This document shows positions 37,543 to 46,165 of a stretch of 64,000 bases of DNA, in pieces (position 1 is the first letter of the stretch; each line of letters opens with the position of its first letter). The notes below the pieces were generated by a model. The model was not told where the DNA came from. It saw only the letters and a program-made list of their open reading frames with translations, and searched no databases. The DNA comes from an uncultured Geobacteraceae bacterium (GTDB taxonomy: Bacteria; Desulfobacterota; Desulfuromonadia; Desulfuromonadales; BM103). Both the position numbers and the translations under genes were made by a program. The DNA is taken from NCBI GenBank assembly GCA_964418505.1, contig CAYQLP010000001.1, forward strand, positions 1,665 through 65,664. The letters run 5' to 3'.

Positions 37543-38529
37543 TTATCTACAGGCCGCCGGAACCGGAGGGGCTGAGCCGAAGACGCGGTCGGTGAAACGG
37601 ACGTACCAGGCGGCGGACTGGACCTGCACGACATAGGCCAAGGCCAGGACCAGAGCGGCTTCCGAGCCGGCCGGGCCGAAGGCGTTGATGGCAATGGCCA
37701 GGGCGATGGAGAGGTTGCGCATCACCGTGCCGTAGACCAGGGCGATGGCGTCTCCGCGCGGCAAGAGCAGGCGCCCGGTGAAAGTGCTGAGCAGATAGTT
37801 GCACAAGTAGAGGAGGATGAGCGGCACCAGGATGACGCCGAGCAGTCCGGGCTGGGCGGCCACGGCCCGGGCCTTGAGGGCCATGGCGATGAAGACGATG
37901 CCGAGCACGCCGATCGTCGACAGGCCGGGAAAACGCGGCGCGAAACGCTGCTGGAAAACCTGTGCGCCGTAACGTCCGACCAGCCCGCGCTGGGTGACGT
38001 AGCCGGCAAGCATGGGAAGGAAGACGATCAGGATGATCTGCTGGAAGACCTGGGGCATATCGATCTCCACCCGCGCCCCGAGCAGCCCCTTGATGTAGAG
38101 CGGCGTCGCCAGGGAGCCGGCGATCAGTCCGATCACCGTCATCTTCACTGCGGCGGCCAGGTTCCCCTTGGCGAAGCCGGTCCAGGAGATGGTCATGCCG
38201 CTGGTCGGCACCAGGGCGGCGAGCAGCAGGCCGAGCATCAGGTAAGGGCGGCCGGCGAAGAACAGGGCAGCGATCCCAAAGGCCAGGAAGGGGATGATGG
38301 CGAAGTTGATCCCCTGGGCGAGCAGCTGGGCACGGGTGTCACCGCCGTTGAGCACCTCGCGGAGCTTGAGGGTCACCATCATCGGGTAGACCATCAGGAA
38401 GGTGAAGGGGATGATCAGCGCTTTCAGGCTGACGGCATCGAAGGCCATGCCGCAGCCGAAACCGGCGAGCAGCATCGCCGGGATGGCCCAGATGAGGTTC
38501 TTGTTCAGCGTTGCCAGCAGCTGCCACAT
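37543..38529 (-). CDS. ACR3/bile-acid:Na+ symporter (SBF-like) family permease
   Basis: 328 aa, about 10 TM segments, with an RNLSIALAIA block as in ACR3/BASS proteins. Confidence 0.65.
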   Translation of the reverse strand: MWQLLATLNKNLIWAIPAMLLAGFGCGMAFDAVSLKALIIPFTFLMVYPMMVTLKLREVLNGGDTRAQLLAQGINFAIIPFLAFGIAALFFAGRPYLMLGLLLAALVPTSGMTISWTGFAKGNLAAAVKMTVIGLIAGSLATPLYIKGLLGARVEIDMPQVFQQIILIVFLPMLAGYVTQRGLVGRYGAQVFQQRFAPRFPGLSTIGVLGIVFIAMALKARAVAAQPGLLGVILVPLILLYLCNYLLSTFTGRLLLPRGDAIALVYGTVMRNLSIALAIAINAFGPAGSEAALVLALAYVVQVQSAAWYVRFTDRVFGSAPPVPAACR

Positions 38530-38533
38530 GAGA

Positions 38534-38941
38534 CTATTCCCGGCAAGCGGAGTCGATCATGGCGATGATCTGCTCGAAGCTTTCCCCCAGCGAGGCCGGA
38601 AACTCGACGTCATTGACCACGGCCCTGATCAGCTCTTCACTGTAGTGGACAAAGCGGACCTGGGTCCGCCCCTGGTCGCTGAAAGTCATGATGAACTTGG
38701 GCATCAGCACCGAGCGCTCGGGGTTTTTCCCCAGGCTTTTGGCCGCCTTCTCCGGCTTGCAGATCTGGATCATGTGCAGATCGAAGCCTTCGGCCACGTC
38801 GGCGCCGTGGCGGCCGAAGACGTGGGCCATCTCCATCTTGTCTTCGTTGTGGATGACGAAGCCCTGCTCTTTGGCGAGACGCCCCAGGTCGCTGACGAAC
38901 CGCTCGACCGGCTTGACCGTCTCACAGGCATGAATTCTCAT
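38534..38941 (-). CDS. DUF302 domain protein
   Basis: Start at MRIHACETVKP (ATG 38939-38941, AAGGAG RBS). Family assignment is from recalled sequence similarity. Confidence 0.55.
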   Translation of the reverse strand: MRIHACETVKPVERFVSDLGRLAKEQGFVIHNEDKMEMAHVFGRHGADVAEGFDLHMIQICKPEKAAKSLGKNPERSVLMPKFIMTFSDQGRTQVRFVHYSEELIRAVVNDVEFPASLGESFEQIIAMIDSACRE

Positions 38942-38965
38942 CGTTGCACTCCTTGGCAAATAAGA

Positions 38966-39364
38966 TCAGAAACCGCAGCCGAAGCCGGAGGGGAGGTCGC
39001 CATTCTCGTCGAGATAAGGATCGTTACAGGCCGGCGCTGCGGTCAGTTCGACGAGGGTCTGGCGGTTGAACTGCTCGAGATTGCCAGCCAGGGAGACGCC
39101 GCACGACTGGTAGACCCTGATCCCCGCCTGCTGCAGCTCGCGCAGCGTGGCGGAACCGATCCCCTCGACCACCAGGGCGGCCCCCCCGCCCAGTTCGAGG
39201 AGGCGGCGGCACAGGTCGTGGTGACCGCGAGGCGAACGGTTGGCGACTTCCAGCAGGGTACGGCTGGCGGTGTCGACGATCACGCATAGCGGCGCCGAAT
39301 CGAAATGGTTGTGGACCAGGCTGTCAAAGCCGTGGTTCTGGAAGACCGGGAAAGCGATGCGCAT
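38966..39364 (-). CDS. NifB/NifX-family (dinitrogenase FeMo-cofactor-binding-like) protein
   Basis: 132 aa, MRIAFPV...HFDSAP...VVEGIGSATLRELQQAGIRVY, a typical NifX/NifB C-terminal-domain pattern. Confidence 0.65.
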   Translation of the reverse strand: MRIAFPVFQNHGFDSLVHNHFDSAPLCVIVDTASRTLLEVANRSPRGHHDLCRRLLELGGGAALVVEGIGSATLRELQQAGIRVYQSCGVSLAGNLEQFNRQTLVELTAAPACNDPYLDENGDLPSGFGCGF

Positions 39365-39391
39365 CAGGGGCCTCCTTAATTGGGCATATGC

Positions 39392-39420
39392 ACGATATAG
39401 AAAATCCCCGGGGCTGTCAA
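39392..39420 (-). promoter_or_regulatory. sigma-70 promoter for the NifX-like operon
   Basis: On the minus strand, TTGACA (39420-39415), a 17-nt spacer, then TATCGT (39397-39392). Confidence 0.5.
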
Positions 39421-39475
39421 GCCTTGATAAGACCGACAGCGCCGGGGAGCAGAGGCGTGAGGCGACAAACAGCGG

Positions 39476-39559
39476 TCAGTAAAGACCGGCGCGCTTGAGA
39501 AGCCAGATGGCGGCACCGAGGGAAGCGGCCACCAGGATGATCCAGAGAACAATTAACAT
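39476..39559 (-). CDS. 27-aa single-TM peptide downstream of cydB (CydX/CydS-like position)
   Basis: ATG 39557-39559 is preceded by GAAGGGAG. The product is MLIVLWIILVAASLGAAIWLLKRAGLY*. It is too short for the ORF track. Confidence 0.45.
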   Translation of the reverse strand: MLIVLWIILVAASLGAAIWLLKRAGLY

Positions 39560-39574
39560 GTCCGGGCTCCCTTC

Positions 39575-40705
39575 TCAGTAGCTTTTGCTGTCGCCGGAGA
39601 CATCGGCTTCAGTCAGCGGCCTGGCGTCCATCTGCCGCCAGACCCAGGCGATGTAGGCGAGGACAAAGGGGACGAGGAGCGCCACATAGGTCATCATGGT
39701 CAGGGTGTAGCGGCTGCTCGACGCATTATGAATGGTCAGGCTGCTGGCCGGATCGGCCAGGGAGGGATAGAAAGGCGTGTGGTTGTAGCCCGCCACGGCG
39801 AAGATCGCCAGGCAGGTCAGGACCGTGCCGAGGCCCGCCGGCCAGATGCCGCGGCGCGAGGCGCTGAAGCGGTTGAGGAGGACGCCGTCCACCACCAGCA
39901 CCAGCCCGGCCAGCAGCAGGACCAGCACCGCCGGCATGGCCAGCAGGTTGGCGAGGTACTTGCCGGCCACCATGCTGACCGCGCCGCTCTGCGGATCAAC
40001 GGCGAAGCCGTCCATGGTGACCAGCCGGATCAGCACGAAGAGGAGGAAGGGGAGCGACATCAGCAGGCTGTTGAAGGCGCAGCCGCGCAGGCGGGCCACC
40101 AGGGCGTCCTCATCGATGTTGTTGGCCAGGTACAGGGCCCCCAGGGTCCGGGAGAGGAAGACCAGGAAGAGGCCGAAGGCCAGGTTGAAGAGGTTGAAGG
40201 CCGCCTCGAGGCCGCGCAGCGGGTGCGTCCACTGCACCAGGTTGTAGCTGCTCAGGCGGAAATTTGAGCCGGTGAAGAAGGTTCCCAGAGCCGCGCCAAT
40301 GAGCAGGATGCCGACCGTGCCGTTGATCAGCAGGAAGACCTCGTAGGTGCGCTGGCCGAGGAAGTTGCCGGGTTTGCGGCGGAATTCATAGCTGACCGCC
40401 TGGATGACGAAGGTCAGCAGAATGGCGATCCACACCCAGTAGGCCCCGCCGAAGCTGGTGGCGTAGAAGAGCGGGAAGGCTGCGTAGAGCGCCCCGCCGA
40501 AGAGCACCAGGGTGGTGAAGGTCAATTCCCACTTGCGGCCCAGGGAGTTGACGATCAGGCTCTTCTCCATCTCGGTGCGGGCCAGAGTCAGGATCAGCGT
40601 CTGCCCCCCCTGGACAAAGGTCAGCATGACGAAGAGGGAGCCGACGACGGCGACGATCAGCCACCACAGCTGCTGCAGGGTGGCCAGTTCCAGGTTGCCG
40701 ATCAT
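39575..40705 (-). CDS. cydB: cytochrome bd ubiquinol oxidase subunit II
   Basis: 376 aa polytopic protein immediately after cydA. Confidence 0.9.
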   Translation of the reverse strand: MIGNLELATLQQLWWLIVAVVGSLFVMLTFVQGGQTLILTLARTEMEKSLIVNSLGRKWELTFTTLVLFGGALYAAFPLFYATSFGGAYWVWIAILLTFVIQAVSYEFRRKPGNFLGQRTYEVFLLINGTVGILLIGAALGTFFTGSNFRLSSYNLVQWTHPLRGLEAAFNLFNLAFGLFLVFLSRTLGALYLANNIDEDALVARLRGCAFNSLLMSLPFLLFVLIRLVTMDGFAVDPQSGAVSMVAGKYLANLLAMPAVLVLLLAGLVLVVDGVLLNRFSASRRGIWPAGLGTVLTCLAIFAVAGYNHTPFYPSLADPASSLTIHNASSSRYTLTMMTYVALLVPFVLAYIAWVWRQMDARPLTEADVSGDSKSY

Positions 40706-40709
40706 AGGG

Positions 40710-42245
40710 TTAGTCTCCTTCCGGGCCGAGGGCGATCTGCCTGGCCATGATCTTCACCTCGGCGATCAGCAGGACGGTGAAGAGGGCCAGAAAGATGAAG
40801 AAGGTCAGGGCCACCGAGCCGGTGTCGAGATTGGAACGGGCCACGCTGACCGGCAGCAGTCCCTGGATGGCCCAGGGCTGCCGGCCGACCTCGGTGATGA
40901 TCCAGCCGGCCTGCTGGGCGATGTAGCCGAGGGGCACCGCTAGCACGCCGAGTTTGAGCAGCCAGCGGCTCTCTTCGAGCTGGTGACGCGAGGCCTGGTA
41001 GAGGAAGAGCGCCATCAGCAGGATGAAGAAGGTGCCGAGGCCGACCATCACCCGGAAGCTGTAGAAGATCAGGCTGACCGGCGGCACGGCTTCGGCCGGC
41101 GACTGCAGGTAGCCGTAGCCGAGATAGGCTTCGTTGCGGTTAAAGTCGGCGAGGGCCGCAGCGGCGGCGTCACTGTCGCCGCCCTTTTGCGCCGTCTTGT
41201 AGGCCGCCAGGGCAGCCACCGCCTCCTTGCCGAGGCGCATCTTCTCCTCCACTCCCATGACGTTCTTCCCGGCATTTCCCCACACCAGGTCGTCGATCCC
41301 GGCTACGAAGCTGCCGAACTCGCGGTTGGCCAGCAGGGAGAGCATCCCGGGGATCTCAGCCTTGACCAGGAAGGGGTCCTGGCTGTCACCGGTCTCCTTG
41401 GCGGGGTTGACCACCCCGAAGGCGATCAGCCCGGTGGGGGTCTGCCCGGTGTAGAGCCCCTCCATGGCGGCCAGTTTCATCGGCTGGGTCTTGACCGTCA
41501 GGTAGGCGTGTTCATCACCGGTGAAGCCGACAAAGAGGGAGCTGAGCAGCCCGAAGGTGGCCGCGACGGTGATCGAGCGCAGGGCGAAAAGGCGGTGGCG
41601 CCCCTTGAGGAGAAACCAACTGGAGACGCCGACGACGAAAAGGGAAGCAAGCAGGAAGCCGGAGGAGGTGGCGTGGGCGAAGTGGCCGATGGCAATCGGC
41701 GAGGAGATCACCGCCCACAGGTCCTGCATCTCGAAGCGGGCGGTATCGGGGTTAAACTTCATGCCGATGGGGTTCTGCATCCAGCCGTTGGCCACCAGGA
41801 TCCACAGGGCCGAAAGATTGGAGCCGACCGCCACCATCCAGGTGGAGAAGAGGTGCATGCGCCTTGAGACCCGTTCCCAGCCAAAGAACATCACGGCGAA
41901 GAAGGTCGCCTCGAGGAAGAAGGCGACGATCCCCTCGATGGCCAGCGGCGTGCCGAAGATGTCGCCGACCATCCACGAGTAGTTCGACCAGTTGGTGCCG
42001 AATTCGAACTCGAGGATGATTCCGGTGGCGACGCCGATGGCGAAGTTCACCCCGAAGAGGGTCATCCAGAATTTGGTCAGGCGCTTCCATTCCGGGTTGC
42101 CGGTCCGGTAGTAGACCGTTTCGAAGAAGGCGCACAAAAACGACAGCCCGAGAGTCAGGGGGACGAAAATCCAGTGGTACATCGCCGTCATGGCGAACTG
42201 GGCGCGGGCCCAGTTGAGTTGTGCGGGGTCGAGGGATTCGAACAA
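40710..42245 (-). CDS. cydA: cytochrome bd ubiquinol oxidase subunit I
   Basis: 511 aa, with N-terminus MFESLDPAQLNWARAQFAMTAMYHWIFVPLTLG and a Q-loop region. Confidence 0.95.
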   Translation of the reverse strand: MFESLDPAQLNWARAQFAMTAMYHWIFVPLTLGLSFLCAFFETVYYRTGNPEWKRLTKFWMTLFGVNFAIGVATGIILEFEFGTNWSNYSWMVGDIFGTPLAIEGIVAFFLEATFFAVMFFGWERVSRRMHLFSTWMVAVGSNLSALWILVANGWMQNPIGMKFNPDTARFEMQDLWAVISSPIAIGHFAHATSSGFLLASLFVVGVSSWFLLKGRHRLFALRSITVAATFGLLSSLFVGFTGDEHAYLTVKTQPMKLAAMEGLYTGQTPTGLIAFGVVNPAKETGDSQDPFLVKAEIPGMLSLLANREFGSFVAGIDDLVWGNAGKNVMGVEEKMRLGKEAVAALAAYKTAQKGGDSDAAAAALADFNRNEAYLGYGYLQSPAEAVPPVSLIFYSFRVMVGLGTFFILLMALFLYQASRHQLEESRWLLKLGVLAVPLGYIAQQAGWIITEVGRQPWAIQGLLPVSVARSNLDTGSVALTFFIFLALFTVLLIAEVKIMARQIALGPEGD

Positions 42246-42276
42246 GGCGGGGACCTCCTGCTCTCGGGCGGTGGAT

Positions 42277-42519
42277 TCAGCGGGCCGGCGGGCCGGACGG
42301 AAGAGTCTCGGTCAGGCGGCGCAGTACATGGTCGGCGCGCGCTTCATCACTGGCATAGGTTTCATGGAGCACATCGGGAAAGTACAGATTGAGAACTGCA
42401 AGGAAAACCAGCAGCTTGATGATGATCACCGCCCATAGCGTCCGCCCCAGGCGCATGGCACGAAAACCGTCACGGTAGAAGTAAAAGACACCGGCGGCCC
42501 GCTTGGCCAGGGCATTCAT
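42277..42519 (-). CDS. small membrane protein upstream of cydA (DUF4492-like)
   Basis: 80 aa, MNALAKRAAGVFYFYRDGFRAMRLGRTLWAVIIIKLLVFL. Confidence 0.5.
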   Translation of the reverse strand: MNALAKRAAGVFYFYRDGFRAMRLGRTLWAVIIIKLLVFLAVLNLYFPDVLHETYASDEARADHVLRRLTETLPSGPPAR

Positions 42520-42751
42520 CAGGCGGCCTCCCCGCAGTTTTATAACAAGTGCACGCTAATGGAGCCCCGAACAAAAGTCAATTCTAATTTCTGAATATTA
42601 ATCTTCGCTCCAATGCCCGGGGGCCGCAGCCGAGTGCGTGGACAGGAATCCGTCCGGCTGGCACTGAAGTGGCTGTCTTCAACAACCGGGAGCTGCAGGG
42701 CAAAGACATCGCACTGGTCGATAACGGCCGGTCGACCCGGGCCATCCCTGT

Positions 42752-42781
42752 AAAAAAAAGGCCCGGCGTTAACGCCGGGCC
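42752..42781 (-). terminator. rho-independent terminator after the MtrB-like gene
   Basis: The minus strand reads GGCCCGGCGTTAACGCCGGGCC followed by TTTTTTTT, 27 nt after the TGA at 42808-42810. Confidence 0.85.
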
Positions 42782-42807
42782 GCAAACAGGGCATTCCAGG
42801 GAACGGA

Positions 42808-45159
42808 TCAGAAACGGTGGCCGAAGCCGATGTAGCTGTAGTAGGCACTGCCGTCTTCGTTGCCGTAGACGTACTCCTCGTCACTGACAAACTTGTCGTA
42901 AGTCAGCGAGGCAGTGACGTAACAGGCCGGGGTGACATCATAGGTCCCGCCGACCGTCACCTGGTACTGCTCGTAGGAGAGGTCCGAGTACTCGTCGATC
43001 TGGTTGTTGAGCTGCCAGTTGTCGTAATTGACCGACGCATAGGCCCCGGGGGCCTCTATACCGGTGTCGGCAAGGACGGCCGTAGGAGCATTTTCGGGAC
43101 TGAGCTCTTTCCGCTCGGTGAACTTCCAGTCCCAGCGATCGCGGGCATTGTTGTAGGTGAGCCCGGCATTCAGGCGGAGCTGCTTGGTGGCCTGGTAATC
43201 GAGGTTGAGCGCGACGGTGTGGACATCAGACTTGTATTCCGCGGTGTTGCAGATCGAGCCAAACTGGCCCGACGAGACGTCGTTCGCTCAGCCATGGTAC
43301 CAGCCGACACACGCGCGGTTCTCGGTGTCCTGCCGGTTGTAGTTATAGGCAAAGGTCAGGTTGAGTTTGTCGCTCGGCGCATACCACAGGCTGAGGCCGG
43401 GGGAGTAGGTGCTCTGCTCGAAATCGACTTCGTCGTTTTCGGCGTAGCGCACACGGGCCGAGAGGGTAGCGGCCAGATTCGGCTGGGCCGACCAGGTGCC
43501 GGAAAGTTTCCCTTCATGCACTTCCTCGGGGAGGCTGGTCGAGGACAGCTGGCGGTTCGGGTAGACCGAGGTCCAGTACCAGGTCGGAGTAGCCGGCGAC
43601 GGGGTGTAGGCCGAGGTGTTGTAGTACCACAGCCCGGAGCCGAGCGGGTCCTGGGTGCCGTCCCCCTGGGCGATGCCGACATGAGCACCGGCCAGCGGCT
43701 CGTCGATGTCCTGGTAGGTGTAGCTGGCGTTGGCCGAGAAGGCACGATTGATTCTCGACTTGAGGGCCAGCTTGTAAGTCTGGGTCGTCGTCTCTCCCAG
43801 TTCTTCCTCATCGCGCTCGACTTTTTCGTACTCGTAGCCCAGCCGCAGGGTCGTCCCCTTGACCAAGCGGTAGACCGCGTCAAAGCCAACTTCGTTGACT
43901 TTACGGGACTCGGCGGAGAGCCACTCGTCGGCAGCGGTCCCCGGCCAGGCGGCATCCGCCGCCGGCACTTCACGCTGCGGGTAGTAGACCGTGTTGCCGT
44001 CGGCGTCGATCTCATAACTGCTGGCGCGCAGCGCCAGGCGCAGATTTTTGCCGAACCTGGTCGACAGCTTGGCGCCGAAGGACTCGTAATCGGTGCTCAG
44101 GGTGTTCCCGCCTTGCAGCTCGTACTCGGGCTGGTCGGCCTTGCTGCTCTCGATGTCGGACTTGACGTAGCTGCCGATCAAGGTCGTGTCCCGCGCCAGG
44201 TCGAGACGGGCCTTGAGCGAATGGCTGTCCTTCTCCGAGTCGGGGGTTGCGCCGAAAGGCAGCTCACCTGCCTCATAGAGGAGGTTGTAGGCGGTGGCAT
44301 TCTGCGCGTCTTCGTAGTAGTGGGTCGGTTCTGCCCCACCGGCAGTGAATTTCCGCGTCAGGTACTCGTAGGCCACGGTCAGCAGGCCGAAACGGCCGGT
44401 GGCGCCCAGGGTGATATCCTCGGTGCGCTCGTCGATCTTCTTGCCGACCGCCGAGACGTGGCAGGCATCGCACTTGGTTACGCCGACGGACTGTTCCATC
44501 CCTTCGCGGGTCTCCACCCGGGTCCCGGCATGGAAGGTCACGTTGGGCAGCTCCGGAACGGTCAGCTCGGCTTCGCCCTTCCACTCGCGGCGGGTGACGA
44601 TGTAGTTGTTGCTGAGCTCCTGCTGGTACTTGGCGGCCGGATCGTAACTGGCGGGAACGGTGAGGCCGCCGACGCCGGTGGTATTGATGTTGACCCCGGC
44701 AGCCTCCAGATCGGCGAGCGTCTTGTCGGTCACCGTACTGGGCTGCGAGCCGCCGATGTCGTCACGGGCGGTGGCGCCCATCTGCTCGAGGGTCTCGTGA
44801 TCCTTCCAGTGTTCGAAGACCCGGTAGTCGAACTTCAGACGCAGGACGCGCTCGGCGTCCAGGTGCAGGTCGAACTTCTGGTCGCGCGGGCCCATGATGT
44901 CGGCGTCGAGGCCGAAGGCCGAATTGCCGCCGAATTTCGAATCGAGGGTCAGCTTGGGCGCAAAACTGATCCCGTCCTTGGCACGGGTGCCAACGTACTC
45001 GTTGACACGTGCCGGGTTGTCCTTGGTGTCCGCACCGGCAACACCGATCTCCACTTGTCCGCTGAAGGCTTGCTCTTCGGCAACGGCTGGCGTGGCGATC
45101 GTCATTAAGGCCAGGACGGACACCGCGGCAAGCCGATTAAGGCACTGCTTCATGGTCAT
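42808..45159 (-). CDS. MtrB/PioB-family decaheme-associated outer-membrane barrel, 783 codons with one in-frame TGA at 43288-43290
   Basis: The 623-aa ORF 43288..45159 has a signal peptide (MTMKQCLNRLAAVSVLALMTIATPAVA). It continues in the same frame for 159 Met-free codons and ends YYSYIGFGHRF*. It lies directly downstream of a decaheme MtrA-like gene. Confidence 0.7.
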
Positions 45160-45169
45160 CCTCCTTTCG

Positions 45170-46165
45170 TTAACGGGTCAGACCGCCACCGCTGAGCGGT
45201 TGCGACGGGTAGTCACTGCCGTGGACCGCCTTGTGGCAGGTGGTGCACTTGGTGGCAAACGAGGTCTGGAAGCCTTCCTTGCCGTGGACGTTGACGACGT
45301 TGGCCAGGTCTTTCTGGGCCTGCGTAGTTGCAGTCTGGCCGACGGCGGGAGTCGGCACGGTGTAGTTCGACTCGCGCAGCATGTGGAAGTGGCCCTCGTG
45401 GCACTGCAGGCAGAGGAAGGGCTCATTCTGCACCAGCAGGTTGTTGGCCACCGAGCCATGCGGGTCGTGGCAGATGGTGCAGTTGTCTTCCACCGGGGCA
45501 TGCCCGAAGACGAAGGGCCCCTGGTAACGGCTGTGGCAGCCGAGGCACAGGTCGTTGGTGCGCTCGTCGGTGTTCAGCTCGCCATGGGGATTGTGGCAGT
45601 CGGAGCAGGTCATCTTCCCTTCCTTGACCGGATGGTGGGAGGGGAAGTTGGCCTTGGCCATCTGCTCCTGGTGGCAGGAGTAGCAGAGCTCCGGCTCCTG
45701 CTTTTTGAGGGCGTGCTTGCCGCCACCGTGGATGGTATGGCAATCGCTGCAGCTGAGGTCGGCCAGAGCGTGCTCGCTGTGAGTCCAGTCCATCAGTTTG
45801 CCGCTGGTGTGGCACTTGGCGCAGACCGCCGCGCCTTCGTCGGCGGTGAGTTCGCCGAAGCGGAGGATCTTGCTGCTATCGCCTTCCTGGACGTGCAGGC
45901 TGCCGCCGCCGTGGCAGGCTTCGCAGCCCTGGGTGCCGCCCATGTACTCGAACCCGGCCAGCCGGGCGTGGACGCCGTGCCCCATGGCGGAGGCGGCCTC
46001 CTCGTGGCACTCCAGGCAGGCGGCCTGCCCGACCGGAGCCGCGCCGTTGATCTGCGGCAAGCTCAGGATGCGCTCCCTGATCGCTCCCGTCGCGCAGGCG
46101 GCGATGAGCAGCAGGGGGGCGATCCTGGCCAGGCGCAGGGCGCTGAACCATCTCTCGCGTTTCAT
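45170..46165 (-). CDS. periplasmic decaheme c-type cytochrome (MtrA/DmsE/PioA family)
   Basis: Start at MKRERWFSALRLARIAPLLLIAA (ATG 46163-46165, AAAGGAG RBS). 331 aa with ten CXXCH motifs. Confidence 0.85.
   Translation of the reverse strand: MKRERWFSALRLARIAPLLLIAACATGAIRERILSLPQINGAAPVGQAACLECHEEAASAMGHGVHARLAGFEYMGGTQGCEACHGGGSLHVQEGDSSKILRFGELTADEGAAVCAKCHTSGKLMDWTHSEHALADLSCSDCHTIHGGGKHALKKQEPELCYSCHQEQMAKANFPSHHPVKEGKMTCSDCHNPHGELNTDERTNDLCLGCHSRYQGPFVFGHAPVEDNCTICHDPHGSVANNLLVQNEPFLCLQCHEGHFHMLRESNYTVPTPAVGQTATTQAQKDLANVVNVHGKEGFQTSFATKCTTCHKAVHGSDYPSQPLSGGGLTR

Noticed and set aside
42817-45108. 763-aa plus-strand ORF
   Set aside because: It is antisense to the MtrB-like barrel gene, has V/G/L/A/R-rich shadow composition, and has no signal peptide or domain features.
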